A DNA stretch of 64,000 nt, from the IMG/VR virus record IMGVR_UViG_3300030060_003910, positions 30,355 through 94,354 of that record. The stretch is one strand, 5' to 3'. Positions 46,193 through 56,239 of the stretch are shown here, piece by piece; positions within the stretch are counted from its first letter, which is position 1, and the number at the start of each line of letters is the position of its first letter. Made by a program: the position numbers and the translations under genes. The stretch comes from a virus. A model generated the notes under the pieces. The model ran no database searches and was not told the origin of the DNA. It worked only from the letters and a program-made list of their open reading frames with translations.

Positions 46193-49189
46193 CTATTCTT
46201 CGGTGGGAAGGGGCAATTTATTATACCTATCCTCATAGATGTTCCACTTTCCTTCATCCCCTTCCTTATCAGCAGGGGTCTGTTTGTAGCCTGTCCAAGC
46301 AAGCCACATTTTTTCTCCGTCCACATCTAAGACTCTATAATGCATTTTTGTTTCAAACTTGTTGCCTTCTAAGAAATATTCATGGTAGCCATCTCTTTGA
46401 ATACCTAAACGAATTTTACCTGAATCTACTATTTTGCCTTTAGTTACTGTTTTTGCTACTTCTGCTGGATATTTACCAGCAGCCCCGAATAAGTCAAACA
46501 TCTCTTCTTCGTTTTCAATATCAATTGTCCAGAACATATTTTCTGTCTTTAGTTTGATTGCTAAGGTTAAGTTATCATCTTCTCTAGCATATAATTTAAA
46601 TTCTCCTTCTCTTAATTCAGGAGGTGTTTTATATTCTCCTTCAACAGCCTTAATATCTTCTTTAAGCATAGCGTATTTATCCGAAAAGCCTGAACCGAAA
46701 GAACTACAACTTTTGTATTCGTCTCTAATTGCGAGATATTCCTCATCATCATCATTATCGCCAATTACATCTTCAAGAAATTCAAGAACTTCTTCACAAG
46801 ACATTTCATTCAAAAAATTAGCATAGTTTTCTATTTCTTCTTCCATTGTATCAGCATACACTATATCGCTACCATAATTTATCTCATTAAAAATTTCATT
46901 CCATGAATTACCAGAATTTTCTAAAATGCTTTCATAGGTTCCTCTTGTTTTCCCAATTAACGCTTGCTTCATTTGTTCGCAACAATCTCCCGAAACATCA
47001 GCCTCCATTTCAACTTCTGCTACATTTTGATTTACATTAGGTTCTTCTTCTACTCTCATAGTAGGGTTATTCATTCTTTGTTTTACTTTTAATTGTTGAG
47101 CCATCATAGGCTTCATTGATTTTAAAATCTCTTCTTCTTGCATGATTTTATCATCATCAGCAGCAATTTTATCATTTTTTTCGCTGATGCCATCTCTAAG
47201 AATAGCCCATTTTTTTAACTTCTTTTCATCGGAATCAAGAACCTGTTCATACAAATCTTCATGTTTTTCTTTTAAGAAATTATGTATCTGCCTTGGAGTC
47301 TGTTCTCCGTTCATTTTTAGATATTGGAAAATAGCAACAGTTAATTCACTTTGCTTAGTCTTCATAATATCAATGGCTTGTTGTTTCCACATATCTATAT
47401 CCATTGTAGCATTCTTAGACATTAGATTATCTTCTTCATAACCATAAATAGCGAACCCTTCTAAATCATACTTAATGATAACATTTGCTTGTCCGTGAAT
47501 GTGGTCTGTAATTTTAACACCTTTCGTAAATGCTTCAACATTATAGTTAAGAGACTTCTTGGTGTCTTGTGAAAGTAATTCCAAAGTGATTAATTTATCG
47601 GGATGCTCAACTTCAGGTATTTCAATTGGTTTAGCAGAAAACAAACTAAATCCTTCTCCCTTCTTTTTGACTTCATCCACCTTAACTCGGATAATGTCTC
47701 CAACATCAACAGCAATTTTTGTATTCAAAGCCTTACCTACATTTAAATATTGTTTCTTATCAATTTCAACTGTCCCTTCCATTTCGTCAGTAATTGGCCC
47801 AACACCAACTGTATAAGAATATAAATTGCTTTTTGTCTTTTTCTTATCTAATACAATAACATCTAAATCAACAAACTTCTTTAACTTAATCCACTTTGGG
47901 TTTTTCTTTGTTCCAATATAATAAGTAGAAGTAGCGTCTTTGATAACGACTCCTTCCGAAGAAGGATTTTGCATAATTTCATCTGCATATTTTTGTATAT
48001 CCTTAAGATTGTCTGCTTGTCGCGTATCTTTCTTTGAAGGATAAGCAATTGCTTCACTAGATTTTGATGCATAATTATTGAATAAAATTGTCATTCTACT
48101 CTCTAATTCTTCATCCGCAAGAGTCTGAGACTCATGGCGGATAATATCAAAAACATGACATCTTAATGTAGCATCTTTGTATTTGCCTTTAAAAACATGA
48201 GCGATTGTATCTGCTCTATGAAGAGGGTCGTCGCCATCAAAGAGAACTAATTCTGCATCAAAGATACAGTCTCCATATTCTTTCTTCTTTAATTCTTCAG
48301 CCTGTGCTTTACATTTATCAGTAATGTCTTTTTCATTATAAGAATAAATTTTTACTTTATCATCAATTTTATGTAATTGAACTCTCATGCCGTCAAATTT
48401 TTCTTGAACATACCAATTGCCGCTAAATCCTTTTAACTCACTAATATCATCTACTTCAAAAATCCTATACATAGGTTTATTGGGAACAATGAACTGGGAA
48501 ATAGATTTTTTCTCGTCGCTTGGAACAGACTTTTGAACACCTTCAATATCGGTAATGTCTGTCCATTCTTCTTTACTATTCTTAGACAAGAAGATTAATT
48601 CTAACATATCCATAGCGGCCTTTACTTTAGATTCAACCTTCTTTGAGTCTTTTCCATCACCGTAATGCTCTATAATATAGAGGGCCACATCGTCCACTTC
48701 TAGGTCAAGTCCCATAAGACCCGCCGTAATTGTGTCGGGAGCCATGTCTTTAACGCTGTAAATGTCATCGGATAGGGCTTTATTGTCGTCCCTTATAGCA
48801 TAATGCACAAATTTAACCATGCTTTCGGGATTATCTAGTAATTCTTCAAGCACACTATCCTTGAACATGGCGGCGAAGGGGTCGGCCACAAGGGATGAAG
48901 AATATCGTAAAAGTTTAATATTCTCGTAAAGTTCTTTGGCTTGGCGTGAAGAGGGGTCTTTGACATCTTTATCGTCTAAATCCTTTTCATCAATGAAGTT
49001 TTTCATTTCTTTACCAGCCGCATCAGCCTCATTATACGATTCAATGATAGTATCAACTGCTTTACGCCAACGACCCGAATATTCTGTTGGGTCTTGTCTT
49101 GCAGATAAATAGGCCACTCTCGTCTTTTCAAAAAGACGCAATATTTCTTGAGAAGGCTGTTTATCCTTCTCAATAGAAGCCAATTTCAT
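46193..49189 (-). CDS. multidomain ATP-dependent ligase-like protein in the head module, with a degenerate LigD phosphoesterase-like C-terminus
   Basis: QEKFDGMR, IFDAEL, HVFDII, SEGVVIKD, WIKLKK, OB domain; C-terminal DSGKI...EYFLEGNKFETKMHYR...WLAW. Confidence 0.8.
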   Translation of the reverse strand: MKLASIEKDKQPSQEILRLFEKTRVAYLSARQDPTEYSGRWRKAVDTIIESYNEADAAGKEMKNFIDEKDLDDKDVKDPSSRQAKELYENIKLLRYSSSLVADPFAAMFKDSVLEELLDNPESMVKFVHYAIRDDNKALSDDIYSVKDMAPDTITAGLMGLDLEVDDVALYIIEHYGDGKDSKKVESKVKAAMDMLELIFLSKNSKEEWTDITDIEGVQKSVPSDEKKSISQFIVPNKPMYRIFEVDDISELKGFSGNWYVQEKFDGMRVQLHKIDDKVKIYSYNEKDITDKCKAQAEELKKKEYGDCIFDAELVLFDGDDPLHRADTIAHVFKGKYKDATLRCHVFDIIRHESQTLADEELESRMTILFNNYASKSSEAIAYPSKKDTRQADNLKDIQKYADEIMQNPSSEGVVIKDATSTYYIGTKKNPKWIKLKKFVDLDVIVLDKKKTKSNLYSYTVGVGPITDEMEGTVEIDKKQYLNVGKALNTKIAVDVGDIIRVKVDEVKKKGEGFSLFSAKPIEIPEVEHPDKLITLELLSQDTKKSLNYNVEAFTKGVKITDHIHGQANVIIKYDLEGFAIYGYEEDNLMSKNATMDIDMWKQQAIDIMKTKQSELTVAIFQYLKMNGEQTPRQIHNFLKEKHEDLYEQVLDSDEKKLKKWAILRDGISEKNDKIAADDDKIMQEEEILKSMKPMMAQQLKVKQRMNNPTMRVEEEPNVNQNVAEVEMEADVSGDCCEQMKQALIGKTRGTYESILENSGNSWNEIFNEINYGSDIVYADTMEEEIENYANFLNEMSCEEVLEFLEDVIGDNDDDEEYLAIRDEYKSCSSFGSGFSDKYAMLKEDIKAVEGEYKTPPELREGEFKLYAREDDNLTLAIKLKTENMFWTIDIENEEEMFDLFGAAGKYPAEVAKTVTKGKIVDSGKIRLGIQRDGYHEYFLEGNKFETKMHYRVLDVDGEKMWLAWTGYKQTPADKEGDEGKWNIYEDRYNKLPLPTEE

Positions 49190-49203
49190 AGTAATCACTA
49201 TGC

Positions 49204-49758
49204 TTAGTTCCTAAATCGCGTAGACCTTCTTTCAAATTTAGGGTCTAAAGTTTCTCCTGAATAATCCGAATCGTATGCAATTGTTTGTTCAGCGATTTTA
49301 GATAATTGTTCTTCAAGTTCTCCTAATTGCTTAGTAATGTCTACAATATGTCGTTGCATAAATTGTTTCATATCCGGGTCTTTTACATCCTTTAAATCCC
49401 TTGCTAGACCTTGAAGCATTTTATCAAATCCATCAATTTGAGCAAGAATATTTCTTCTTTTTTCATCATCTAAAAAAGGATTTGTCTCAAAATCTTCGGG
49501 TAAAACAGCCTTTAATAATTCATACATTTTTGTAATCTCACCAGCATAAGCATGAAAAGTTGTTGGCCCATCATTTGATTCTGCCTTGTAGTTATAGTTT
49601 TCAGCCTTTGGTCGCTTCAATTTAACTGCTTCCGAATCATCATCCATAGGATTTCTGTTGTTATCCATCAAGGATTGATAAAGAATTTCCTTGGCTTCTC
49701 TTGCCTTTTGGATAATAATGCTAATTTGTCTTTCTTCTCTCGTTACTCTTTCAGGCAT
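49204..49758 (-). CDS. hypothetical protein
   Basis: GGAGTGA SD before the ATG at 49758. Confidence 0.6.
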   Translation of the reverse strand: MPERVTREERQISIIIQKAREAKEILYQSLMDNNRNPMDDDSEAVKLKRPKAENYNYKAESNDGPTTFHAYAGEITKMYELLKAVLPEDFETNPFLDDEKRRNILAQIDGFDKMLQGLARDLKDVKDPDMKQFMQRHIVDITKQLGELEEQLSKIAEQTIAYDSDYSGETLDPKFERRSTRFRN

Positions 49759-49763
49759 ATAAA

Positions 49764-50009
49764 TCACTCCATCTTTGAAACCATCTTGTGAATATCCGAC
49801 CAATCCATGCTAGAAACATCAGTAGATGGTAATGTGTCAAAACCACCAACAGTATTATCCATAGCAGGTGTTGGGCTTTGTGAAACAACAAGACCAGCCT
49901 TCATCAAAAGACTGTCTTTTGCGTAGATTGTTTTTTCTAACGCTTCAACCTTTGCGGTTAAAGCCTTAATAATTTCTAAAACATCTTTGTTAATACTTTC
50001 TTCTGTCAT
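49764..50009 (-). CDS. small coiled-coil protein ending in the scaffold-like motif MDWSDIHKMV
   Basis: Motif shared with the protease/scaffold C-terminus. Confidence 0.7.
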   Translation of the reverse strand: MTEESINKDVLEIIKALTAKVEALEKTIYAKDSLLMKAGLVVSQSPTPAMDNTVGGFDTLPSTDVSSMDWSDIHKMVSKME

Positions 50010-50013
50010 AATA

Positions 50014-50268
50014 TCACATTCCAAATTTAGCCTTGCACTTATCTCTTTCTTTCATATATTCTTCTTCGGACATTCCGCCCATTCCAAATTTCTTATTCAA
50101 ACGGTCTATACAGGCAAGATAACTTTGAGCATCTAAAGTGCTTCCTCTCATAGGTTTTCTTCTGCTTTCGCCTCTAAATCCTGCTGAACTCATTCCCCTT
50201 GCTTTTGATACTTCATTACAGTCATTACAACCGCAACCGCATGCCTTTAAAATTGTTTTCCAACTCAT
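50014..50268 (-). CDS. W-x-x-ILK leader protein, Cys-rich
   Basis: MSWKTILKACGCGC. Confidence 0.65.
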   Translation of the reverse strand: MSWKTILKACGCGCNDCNEVSKARGMSSAGFRGESRRKPMRGSTLDAQSYLACIDRLNKKFGMGGMSEEEYMKERDKCKAKFGM

Positions 50269-50453
50269 TTCTTATCCTCTCCTTTGTAAAAAGACTGAAC
50301 TAATTTATTATATTCTTTTTGATATTTAGGAATTGTAGCAAAATCCATGCTTACTCCTGCCCTTCCTTCTGGATTATATTTATCCATCATTATTTGAGTA
50401 GCCTTAGTCTGTGCTTCGTCATAGGACATTTTAAGAATATTTTGCCAACTCAT
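50265..50453 (-). CDS. W-x-x-ILK leader protein
   Basis: MSWQNILKM. Confidence 0.65.
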   Translation of the reverse strand: MSWQNILKMSYDEAQTKATQIMMDKYNPEGRAGVSMDFATIPKYQKEYNKLVQSFYKGEDKK

Positions 50454-50815
50454 TGCTTTTTCTCTCCTTTTCCTCTTGGATGAATTAAATCTCGTAATTG
50501 ACGATAGAGCAATTCATACTCCTTACGCAACTTCGTAGCAGTAGCGACAATATCAATGTTGCGTTCATCCATTGACTTCATTTTCTTGTTTAACTTCTTA
50601 TCTGATTTAATTAGTTCTAATTCTCTAAGAGTAGAAATAAGTTCACCTAGTTTAGTAAAATCTTGACCAAAAAATTCGGTGGGTTCTGCGGCTTGAAGTG
50701 TTTTCTTTAACTTCTTTCTTCCTTTAGCATCCAAAGAATCAAGGAGTTTCTTAGGCTCCTGTTTTTTCTCTTTTAGAATAAAATCATTACCCTCTCCATA
50801 ATAGTCCCAAGTCAT
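50450..50815 (-). CDS. hypothetical helical protein
   Basis: ORF track; MTWDYY...FILKE. Confidence 0.65.
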   Translation of the reverse strand: MTWDYYGEGNDFILKEKKQEPKKLLDSLDAKGRKKLKKTLQAAEPTEFFGQDFTKLGELISTLRELELIKSDKKLNKKMKSMDERNIDIVATATKLRKEYELLYRQLRDLIHPRGKGEKKQ

Positions 50816-52476
50816 CACTCTTCCTCCTTTGGTGGGTCTTTAAAAACCCTCTTGGATTCTTTTGTTCGTAATTCTTTCGGCTTTCTATCCTTAATTTTAC
50901 TCTCAATGAAATTAACAACTTCTTGTAGTTCTTCCGCTTTCTCTTCATATTTTTGAGATAATTCTTCAAACTTTCCTACGACATCTACATCAAGTGTAGG
51001 TGCGCCTTCAAAGAAACCTCCATCTGCTTCTATAACCAGTTTAGTATCAGGATTGCTTTCCAAATATCCCATTAATCCTTGTTCAATATCGCCTTCCGCT
51101 TTAGAACTAAGCCTTTCCATCTGTTTAGCATATCTACTTAAATCAAAAGCAATATTGGCTCCCTTAGTTAATTGTTCTTTAATTTCAGGTAGGGGGTCGC
51201 TTTGTTTAAATATGTTTAAAAGAGTGCTAAATTCTTTCAAAGTAGGGTTCAATCTATCAAAAGCATCCAAATCTACTTGAATCCTTTCTAATTTTCTTTC
51301 TTCAGCACGAAGTTCTTTTTGAAGTTCTTCCTTAGCATCTCTAATGTGCTTTTCTCTATTGCTATCAATATCTTTAATCATCGCACTAATCTCTTTAATT
51401 GAAGCAATTTTCTTTTCTCGGTTTCCCTTGCTTCCCGAAGCAATAACTCTTCGCAAGGCTTGATTTAATTTTTTAACCTGTCTAGCAACTAAATCATCTG
51501 GATTTTTGATAATCTCTCTAATGCTGTCTATTTTTTCTTCAATAAATACTTTTGTGTTCCTAATAGTAGCAGAATATTTTTGTGTAGCCTTAATTCTTCT
51601 TAATGCCCTTTCGTATTCTCTATTACCAGCCGCATCAGTTGTTCTCTTTTTGGCTCTTTGTAGCATACGAAGTCTTTCGTCTTTTACCTTCTTTCTAGGA
51701 ACTAAAGTTCTTGGCTCTCTCTTCCATCTTTGCTTATGAATAGTTCTAAAAACTTCTAAGAAACCAATCTTTTCCCCATCAACATCAAACTCAGTATTTA
51801 CAATATCGTTGAGTAATCCCTGTAAGTCTAATACATTAATATCTTCGCCCTTTTTAACTTGTTCTCTACCTTGTTTTGTATATTTATACATTGTTCCTGA
51901 AAGAACTCCATCAACTAAAAGCGACCCGTATTCATCTTCCAAAAAATTACTGTTGTCCTTCAGTCTAGTTAAGAAACCTAATAAACTGCTAGAATTAGTA
52001 GAAGTAGAACCTAATCTTGAATAACTTTGCATAACGCCTCTAACGACGAGTTTTCCATCTTTTCTTGATATTCTTGCATCAGAAGATATTTCCATCAAAA
52101 TATCTGCTTGGAAACTTAGATTTGATAAAATTTTGTAGGCGCTTTCTTCTTCAACAGACCTACTAAACTCTTCACCATATCTATTTTCTGCGATTCTAGC
52201 ATCTATTTGTGCCTGTTCATCAGCACTATCAACAGGAGCAGAATAACTTTCTTCTTCACTTGCTCTTGCAGAACCCGCTTCATCATCTTCTTGCTTGGCA
52301 ATAGCAATATATTTACGATAAGCAATCATATTTTGGGGATTCATATTCTCAATCAAAGATGCTTTGATTAAAGAGGCATTAGCCATTTCCTTAACCAACA
52401 TAGATGTATTTTCATCTAACTTTGCTTTGCTTAAAACATTAAGCAAAGATTTATCTTTGGCTAATTCAAAAAACAT
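50815..52476 (-). CDS. large coiled-coil protein
   Basis: 553 aa; GAGGT SD. Confidence 0.7.
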   Translation of the reverse strand: MFFELAKDKSLLNVLSKAKLDENTSMLVKEMANASLIKASLIENMNPQNMIAYRKYIAIAKQEDDEAGSARASEEESYSAPVDSADEQAQIDARIAENRYGEEFSRSVEEESAYKILSNLSFQADILMEISSDARISRKDGKLVVRGVMQSYSRLGSTSTNSSSLLGFLTRLKDNSNFLEDEYGSLLVDGVLSGTMYKYTKQGREQVKKGEDINVLDLQGLLNDIVNTEFDVDGEKIGFLEVFRTIHKQRWKREPRTLVPRKKVKDERLRMLQRAKKRTTDAAGNREYERALRRIKATQKYSATIRNTKVFIEEKIDSIREIIKNPDDLVARQVKKLNQALRRVIASGSKGNREKKIASIKEISAMIKDIDSNREKHIRDAKEELQKELRAEERKLERIQVDLDAFDRLNPTLKEFSTLLNIFKQSDPLPEIKEQLTKGANIAFDLSRYAKQMERLSSKAEGDIEQGLMGYLESNPDTKLVIEADGGFFEGAPTLDVDVVGKFEELSQKYEEKAEELQEVVNFIESKIKDRKPKELRTKESKRVFKDPPKEEE

Positions 52477-52485
52477 TTAAAAACC

Positions 52486-52710
52486 TCAAAAAGGAATATT
52501 TTCTTTCTTTCCTCTTTTCTTTGATGGTAAAAGAATAACATCAGGATTATCAGCAGAAGAAGGTAATGTCTTGTGAGAAGTATCGGGAGGCAAACCAACA
52601 GACATATCTCTGTTCTTTTGCTTCTTATTGTTTTCTTGAGAAGTCAAAGCCTTAACTTTGGCTAACTCTTTTGTCAATCTTCTTTGCTTTTGGTGTAAAT
52701 CTTCACTCAT
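52486..52710 (-). CDS. hypothetical protein
   Basis: GGAGG SD, ATGA overlap. Confidence 0.55.
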   Translation of the reverse strand: MSEDLHQKQRRLTKELAKVKALTSQENNKKQKNRDMSVGLPPDTSHKTLPSSADNPDVILLPSKKRGKKENIPF

Positions 52711-53012
52711 ATTTTTTCCTCCAAACTTCCCTGTGTTCTTTCTAAAATAGCAAGTAATTCTTCTTTGGACATTTTACTGATTCTTTTAATGACCATAGGA
52801 AATAAATCCTTTCTTGTCATTTCAGCAAGATTAGCCATATCTTCATCAAACATAGTGTCTAAATCACCACTTTCACCCATAGATGGAGAAGGTTTCCCAC
52901 CTGCAATTTTAACAGGAGGCTTTCTTCTTTGCGGCTTTCTTGGGTTTCTACTAGGGTCTAATTCCCTAATAGGGCTTGTTCTTGCCTTAATAATTGCTTC
53001 CCATTCATTCAT
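52707..53012 (-). CDS. W-x-x-IIK leader protein
   Basis: MNEWEAIIKA. Confidence 0.6.
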   Translation of the reverse strand: MNEWEAIIKARTSPIRELDPSRNPRKPQRRKPPVKIAGGKPSPSMGESGDLDTMFDEDMANLAEMTRKDLFPMVIKRISKMSKEELLAILERTQGSLEEKI

Positions 53013-53013
53013 T

Positions 53014-54654
53014 TTAACCAACTCTTCTTTCTGTCCTTGTGTCAGTATTTTGATTTCCAGCCTCTAAGGGCAAACCCGCCATTCTCTTATCTGGGCCTAC
53101 GCTCATTCTGCTTTTATTCCTTGTGGCGGGAGGGTTCTCTTGGGGCTTGCCTCCGCCTTGTATGGCCTGTTCTTGCATCTGGCCCAATTGTGAAGCATCA
53201 ATGTTTGTCCCTGCATACGGGTCAGGCGTTGCTTGCTCCCCCTCACCTTCTGCTGGTGGTTTTTCTTCGGGTTCAGGCTTTTTGAAAGTAAATTGTCCAT
53301 CTTCGTCCATATCAACCTCAAAGCCTAAGTTCTTTGTTGATGCAGCAATATTAACTTCAATTTCACGCTTACGAAGAACAGCAATTTCATCCTCTTCTTC
53401 GCTCGGTGGTAATTTCAAATTCCAATCGGTAATACCAAATTGCTTTACAAGGAATGGGAAAACATAATTGTTATAGACAGTTTGTGCTTTTTGAACGGCT
53501 CTATTTGTGACTAAAATCTGCATACCTTCATTGTTTAATCCACCGCTTGTAGTATTATCAGCCATGAATACTTTGCTTACACCATAAAAAGCAGAAATTC
53601 TATCTCTTAAATCGTCTTTCACAGAAACATAATCCATTTCCTTGAGACTATCCATGAACTTAATCCATTCAACAGCCCCTTTACCGCTTTCTGCTTCAAT
53701 TCCCATAACGGGGATGAAGTGGGGGTCGGCTTCCATCTTTTCTTTAACCGACCTCCAAAACGACCTCATAGAGTCCATGTTTCTTGTCTGAACTGCAAGC
53801 AAACCTCTCGGCATTCGGCTCTTTGTGTAGGATTGATTGACATAATTCTCCATAGCAATAAGTGTCATAATGTTGTTAAATAAAGTAATAACTGGAGACA
53901 TACCATAAAGACGAGAAGGACTATATTTACTAAAATGTAATACCTCTCCTTTTAAGAAATGCTGGTCTTCTCCTTTAACTCTATTAACATAATGAACAGG
54001 AAATAGACTACTACCACAAACTTCACATTTTTCATGTGGGTCTTTGTGAATAACACCACGATGATTTACACAGGTAAATCCTTTGGTTCCCCTTTGTCCG
54101 TTTTCATCACTATAAATAAACATTGTAACTGGGTCGCCACGATAAACTTCTTTGATACGATGCATTCTTATTTTACCATTACCGTCAATAAAGTATTCTT
54201 TAACAAGAACAATATAAGCATCATCCATAATATTTAAATCATCTTCAAGTTCCTGTAAAACATCAATAAACAACTGCTCAGACTTATTTACATAGCCTTC
54301 AATAAACTTCTCAGCATATTCTAATTGTTTAACATCAGGAATCTTAAGGTCAGCACTTTTACAACGAGAACATTCTTGAACAGGTCTTTTATGTTCTTTA
54401 CCACAATTATTACATCGTGCTTCATATGCTTTTTCCCAAATATAGCCTCTTCTAAATACTTCTTGCTTTAATTGAGTAATACAAGTTCTAGCAATAACTG
54501 ATTGATTGACAATATTATAGATGATTGGGCCAGTCATCATGTGATTGGTTTCTCTTTCTTGAATACCCATGTTATAGACTTTTCTATCAGCAGGTTTGGG
54601 AGTTTGTCTCCTAAACAGATTAGTAATGCTGAATCTTCTTTTTTCTTCAACCAT
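53014..54654 (-). CDS. portal protein with Zn-ribbon insertions
   Basis: EVLHF...YGMSP, MPRGLL, MDY..DDLRDRISAFYGV; CNNC/CSRC and CVNH/CEVC. Confidence 0.88.
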   Translation of the reverse strand: MVEEKRRFSITNLFRRQTPKPADRKVYNMGIQERETNHMMTGPIIYNIVNQSVIARTCITQLKQEVFRRGYIWEKAYEARCNNCGKEHKRPVQECSRCKSADLKIPDVKQLEYAEKFIEGYVNKSEQLFIDVLQELEDDLNIMDDAYIVLVKEYFIDGNGKIRMHRIKEVYRGDPVTMFIYSDENGQRGTKGFTCVNHRGVIHKDPHEKCEVCGSSLFPVHYVNRVKGEDQHFLKGEVLHFSKYSPSRLYGMSPVITLFNNIMTLIAMENYVNQSYTKSRMPRGLLAVQTRNMDSMRSFWRSVKEKMEADPHFIPVMGIEAESGKGAVEWIKFMDSLKEMDYVSVKDDLRDRISAFYGVSKVFMADNTTSGGLNNEGMQILVTNRAVQKAQTVYNNYVFPFLVKQFGITDWNLKLPPSEEEDEIAVLRKREIEVNIAASTKNLGFEVDMDEDGQFTFKKPEPEEKPPAEGEGEQATPDPYAGTNIDASQLGQMQEQAIQGGGKPQENPPATRNKSRMSVGPDKRMAGLPLEAGNQNTDTRTERRVG

Positions 54655-54707
54655 GAATCACACCCCCTGTTTTAATGCTACGCTATCCTCGCCTATGAAC
54701 GCTTCGG

Positions 54708-54941
54708 TTATGGTTGCCCGCTATCCTCAATGTCATACCTTTCGTTGCTTGAACGCAACATTTCTTCTAAAATACCCTTTAAATAAGCCGCCCTATTTTC
54801 AGGTCGCTTAAATCCTAATTTTAAATAGTAAATAACCATTCTTTTATTAATGTCTGCTAAGTTGGAAAACTTAACATATTTTTTCCTATCTCTAGGTAAT
54901 TCATCATTTAAGATTCCACTTTTAAGTTGTTTCCAACTCAT
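54708..54941 (-). CDS. W-leader protein
   Basis: MSWKQLKSGILN. Confidence 0.5.
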   Translation of the reverse strand: MSWKQLKSGILNDELPRDRKKYVKFSNLADINKRMVIYYLKLGFKRPENRAAYLKGILEEMLRSSNERYDIEDSGQP

Positions 54942-54952
54942 TTTATTTTTAA

Positions 54953-55117
54953 TTAATAGGGTTTGGTCCATAGTAAAGCCTCATCAATTCTGCAAGTAAA
55001 ACATCTGTTGCTAATTGTTTCTGTTTTACACTTTCTACAAACAGTCGCGTATCTAATTTTTTTAGGTAGTTTAGTTCTTACTTTGTGTTTAAAAATATCG
55101 TAGTGCTTGCGAGGCAT
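54953..55117 (-). CDS. small Zn-finger protein (54 aa, not in ORF track)
   Basis: MPRKHYDIFKH...CRKC...CFTC...KPY*; TAATG overlap. Confidence 0.5.
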   Translation of the reverse strand: MPRKHYDIFKHKVRTKLPKKIRYATVCRKCKTETISNRCFTCRIDEALLWTKPY

Positions 55118-55671
55118 TAGCAATTCCACCTTCTTCTTGCGGCTCTTGCTTTTTCGCTGTAAGTTCCATCTGCTCGCTTAAATCCTCTTGACCTTGCACA
55201 AAAAGATTTACGCCTCTTTGCTGCTTTGCTGCCTCTTTTTAACTTACTTGGTTTAGTAGTAACTGGTGGCTTTAAATTAGAACCCTGTTCACGCTTAAAC
55301 TTGGCACGACCTTTAGCACTTAATCCACCCGTTCTTGCGTGAATTTTTTTATTATAGCCCTTAAAGGGTTTCTTTTTCTTTTTAAGAATCTTTTCAATAT
55401 CTTCTGGTTTATGAGTGTAAATATCTCCATCTTCGTGCATAAAGATTTTACCTTCCTTTCTTAACTTAGATAGGGCTTGTTTAATTTCGGCTTCCTTACC
55501 AAACTGCTTTAGGTTTTTCATTCCTAATGCTCCGCCTTCTTTTTCAATTTCTCTAAGAATTTGACGCTCTAATTTTGACGCTTTCATTCTAGGACTAATA
55601 TTCATAAAATCAGTCATTTCATCAGGGTCTTGTTCAAATGGTTTTTTCAATATATCTTGCCAGTTAGTCAT
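55117..55671 (-). CDS. W-x-x-ILK leader protein: wHTH-like segment plus basic SFCAR...RRWNC domain
   Basis: MTNWQDILKK; internal EKILKK; GGLSAKGRAKF...RRKSFCARS...ARRRWNC. Confidence 0.75.
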   Translation of the reverse strand: MTNWQDILKKPFEQDPDEMTDFMNISPRMKASKLERQILREIEKEGGALGMKNLKQFGKEAEIKQALSKLRKEGKIFMHEDGDIYTHKPEDIEKILKKKKKPFKGYNKKIHARTGGLSAKGRAKFKREQGSNLKPPVTTKPSKLKRGSKAAKRRKSFCARSRGFKRADGTYSEKARAARRRWNC

Positions 55672-56239
55672 ACTTATCACCTATCATATAGCCTAATTTT
55701 TTTCCTGCTTCAATGTCGCTTGGATAATGACTTCCCATTTGTATTCTTGATAAAGAAATTTTGTCAGCCATTTCTTTGAGTTCTTTCTTTTTATCTGGAT
55801 ATTTTTTTCCTAATACTTTTTCTAAACCATGAGCAAGCATTGAATGTCCACTTGGAAATGCAGGAGTATCGTCTGTTTTTGTTTTTGTTGTTTTTATTTT
55901 ATCAGATATTTGATGAGGTCGTGGTCTTTGATATTTCATTTTAAGCGTCATGGCATAATAGTTAATGTCCTTCATAAAGTCCATATAATTATTTTTATCT
56001 TCACCTACAATCTTAAACATTTCTACATCTGGTTTTAAATCAGAATCTTTCATTTGCTTAGGAGTTATCCTTTTCTTTCTCATTGTTGCTATTACAGAAG
56101 GTATTTCTTTTTCTTCTTGAGGGTAACTTAATTTAGGAATATCTATTTTCATTTTTGGACTTCTTTCTAATATTTTTCTTTTATCTTTTGAAAGTTTTCC
56201 TTGCCATTTTCTTTTCTTAAGAATAGAAAACCAAGTCAT
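55664..56239 (-). CDS. PAP2/vanadium-haloperoxidase superfamily phosphatase with W-x-x-ILK leader
   Basis: KxxxxRPRP, FPSGHS, SRIQMGSHYPSD; starts MTWFSILKK. Confidence 0.88.
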   Translation of the reverse strand: MTWFSILKKRKWQGKLSKDKRKILERSPKMKIDIPKLSYPQEEKEIPSVIATMRKKRITPKQMKDSDLKPDVEMFKIVGEDKNNYMDFMKDINYYAMTLKMKYQRPRPHQISDKIKTTKTKTDDTPAFPSGHSMLAHGLEKVLGKKYPDKKKELKEMADKISLSRIQMGSHYPSDIEAGKKLGYMIGDKYD

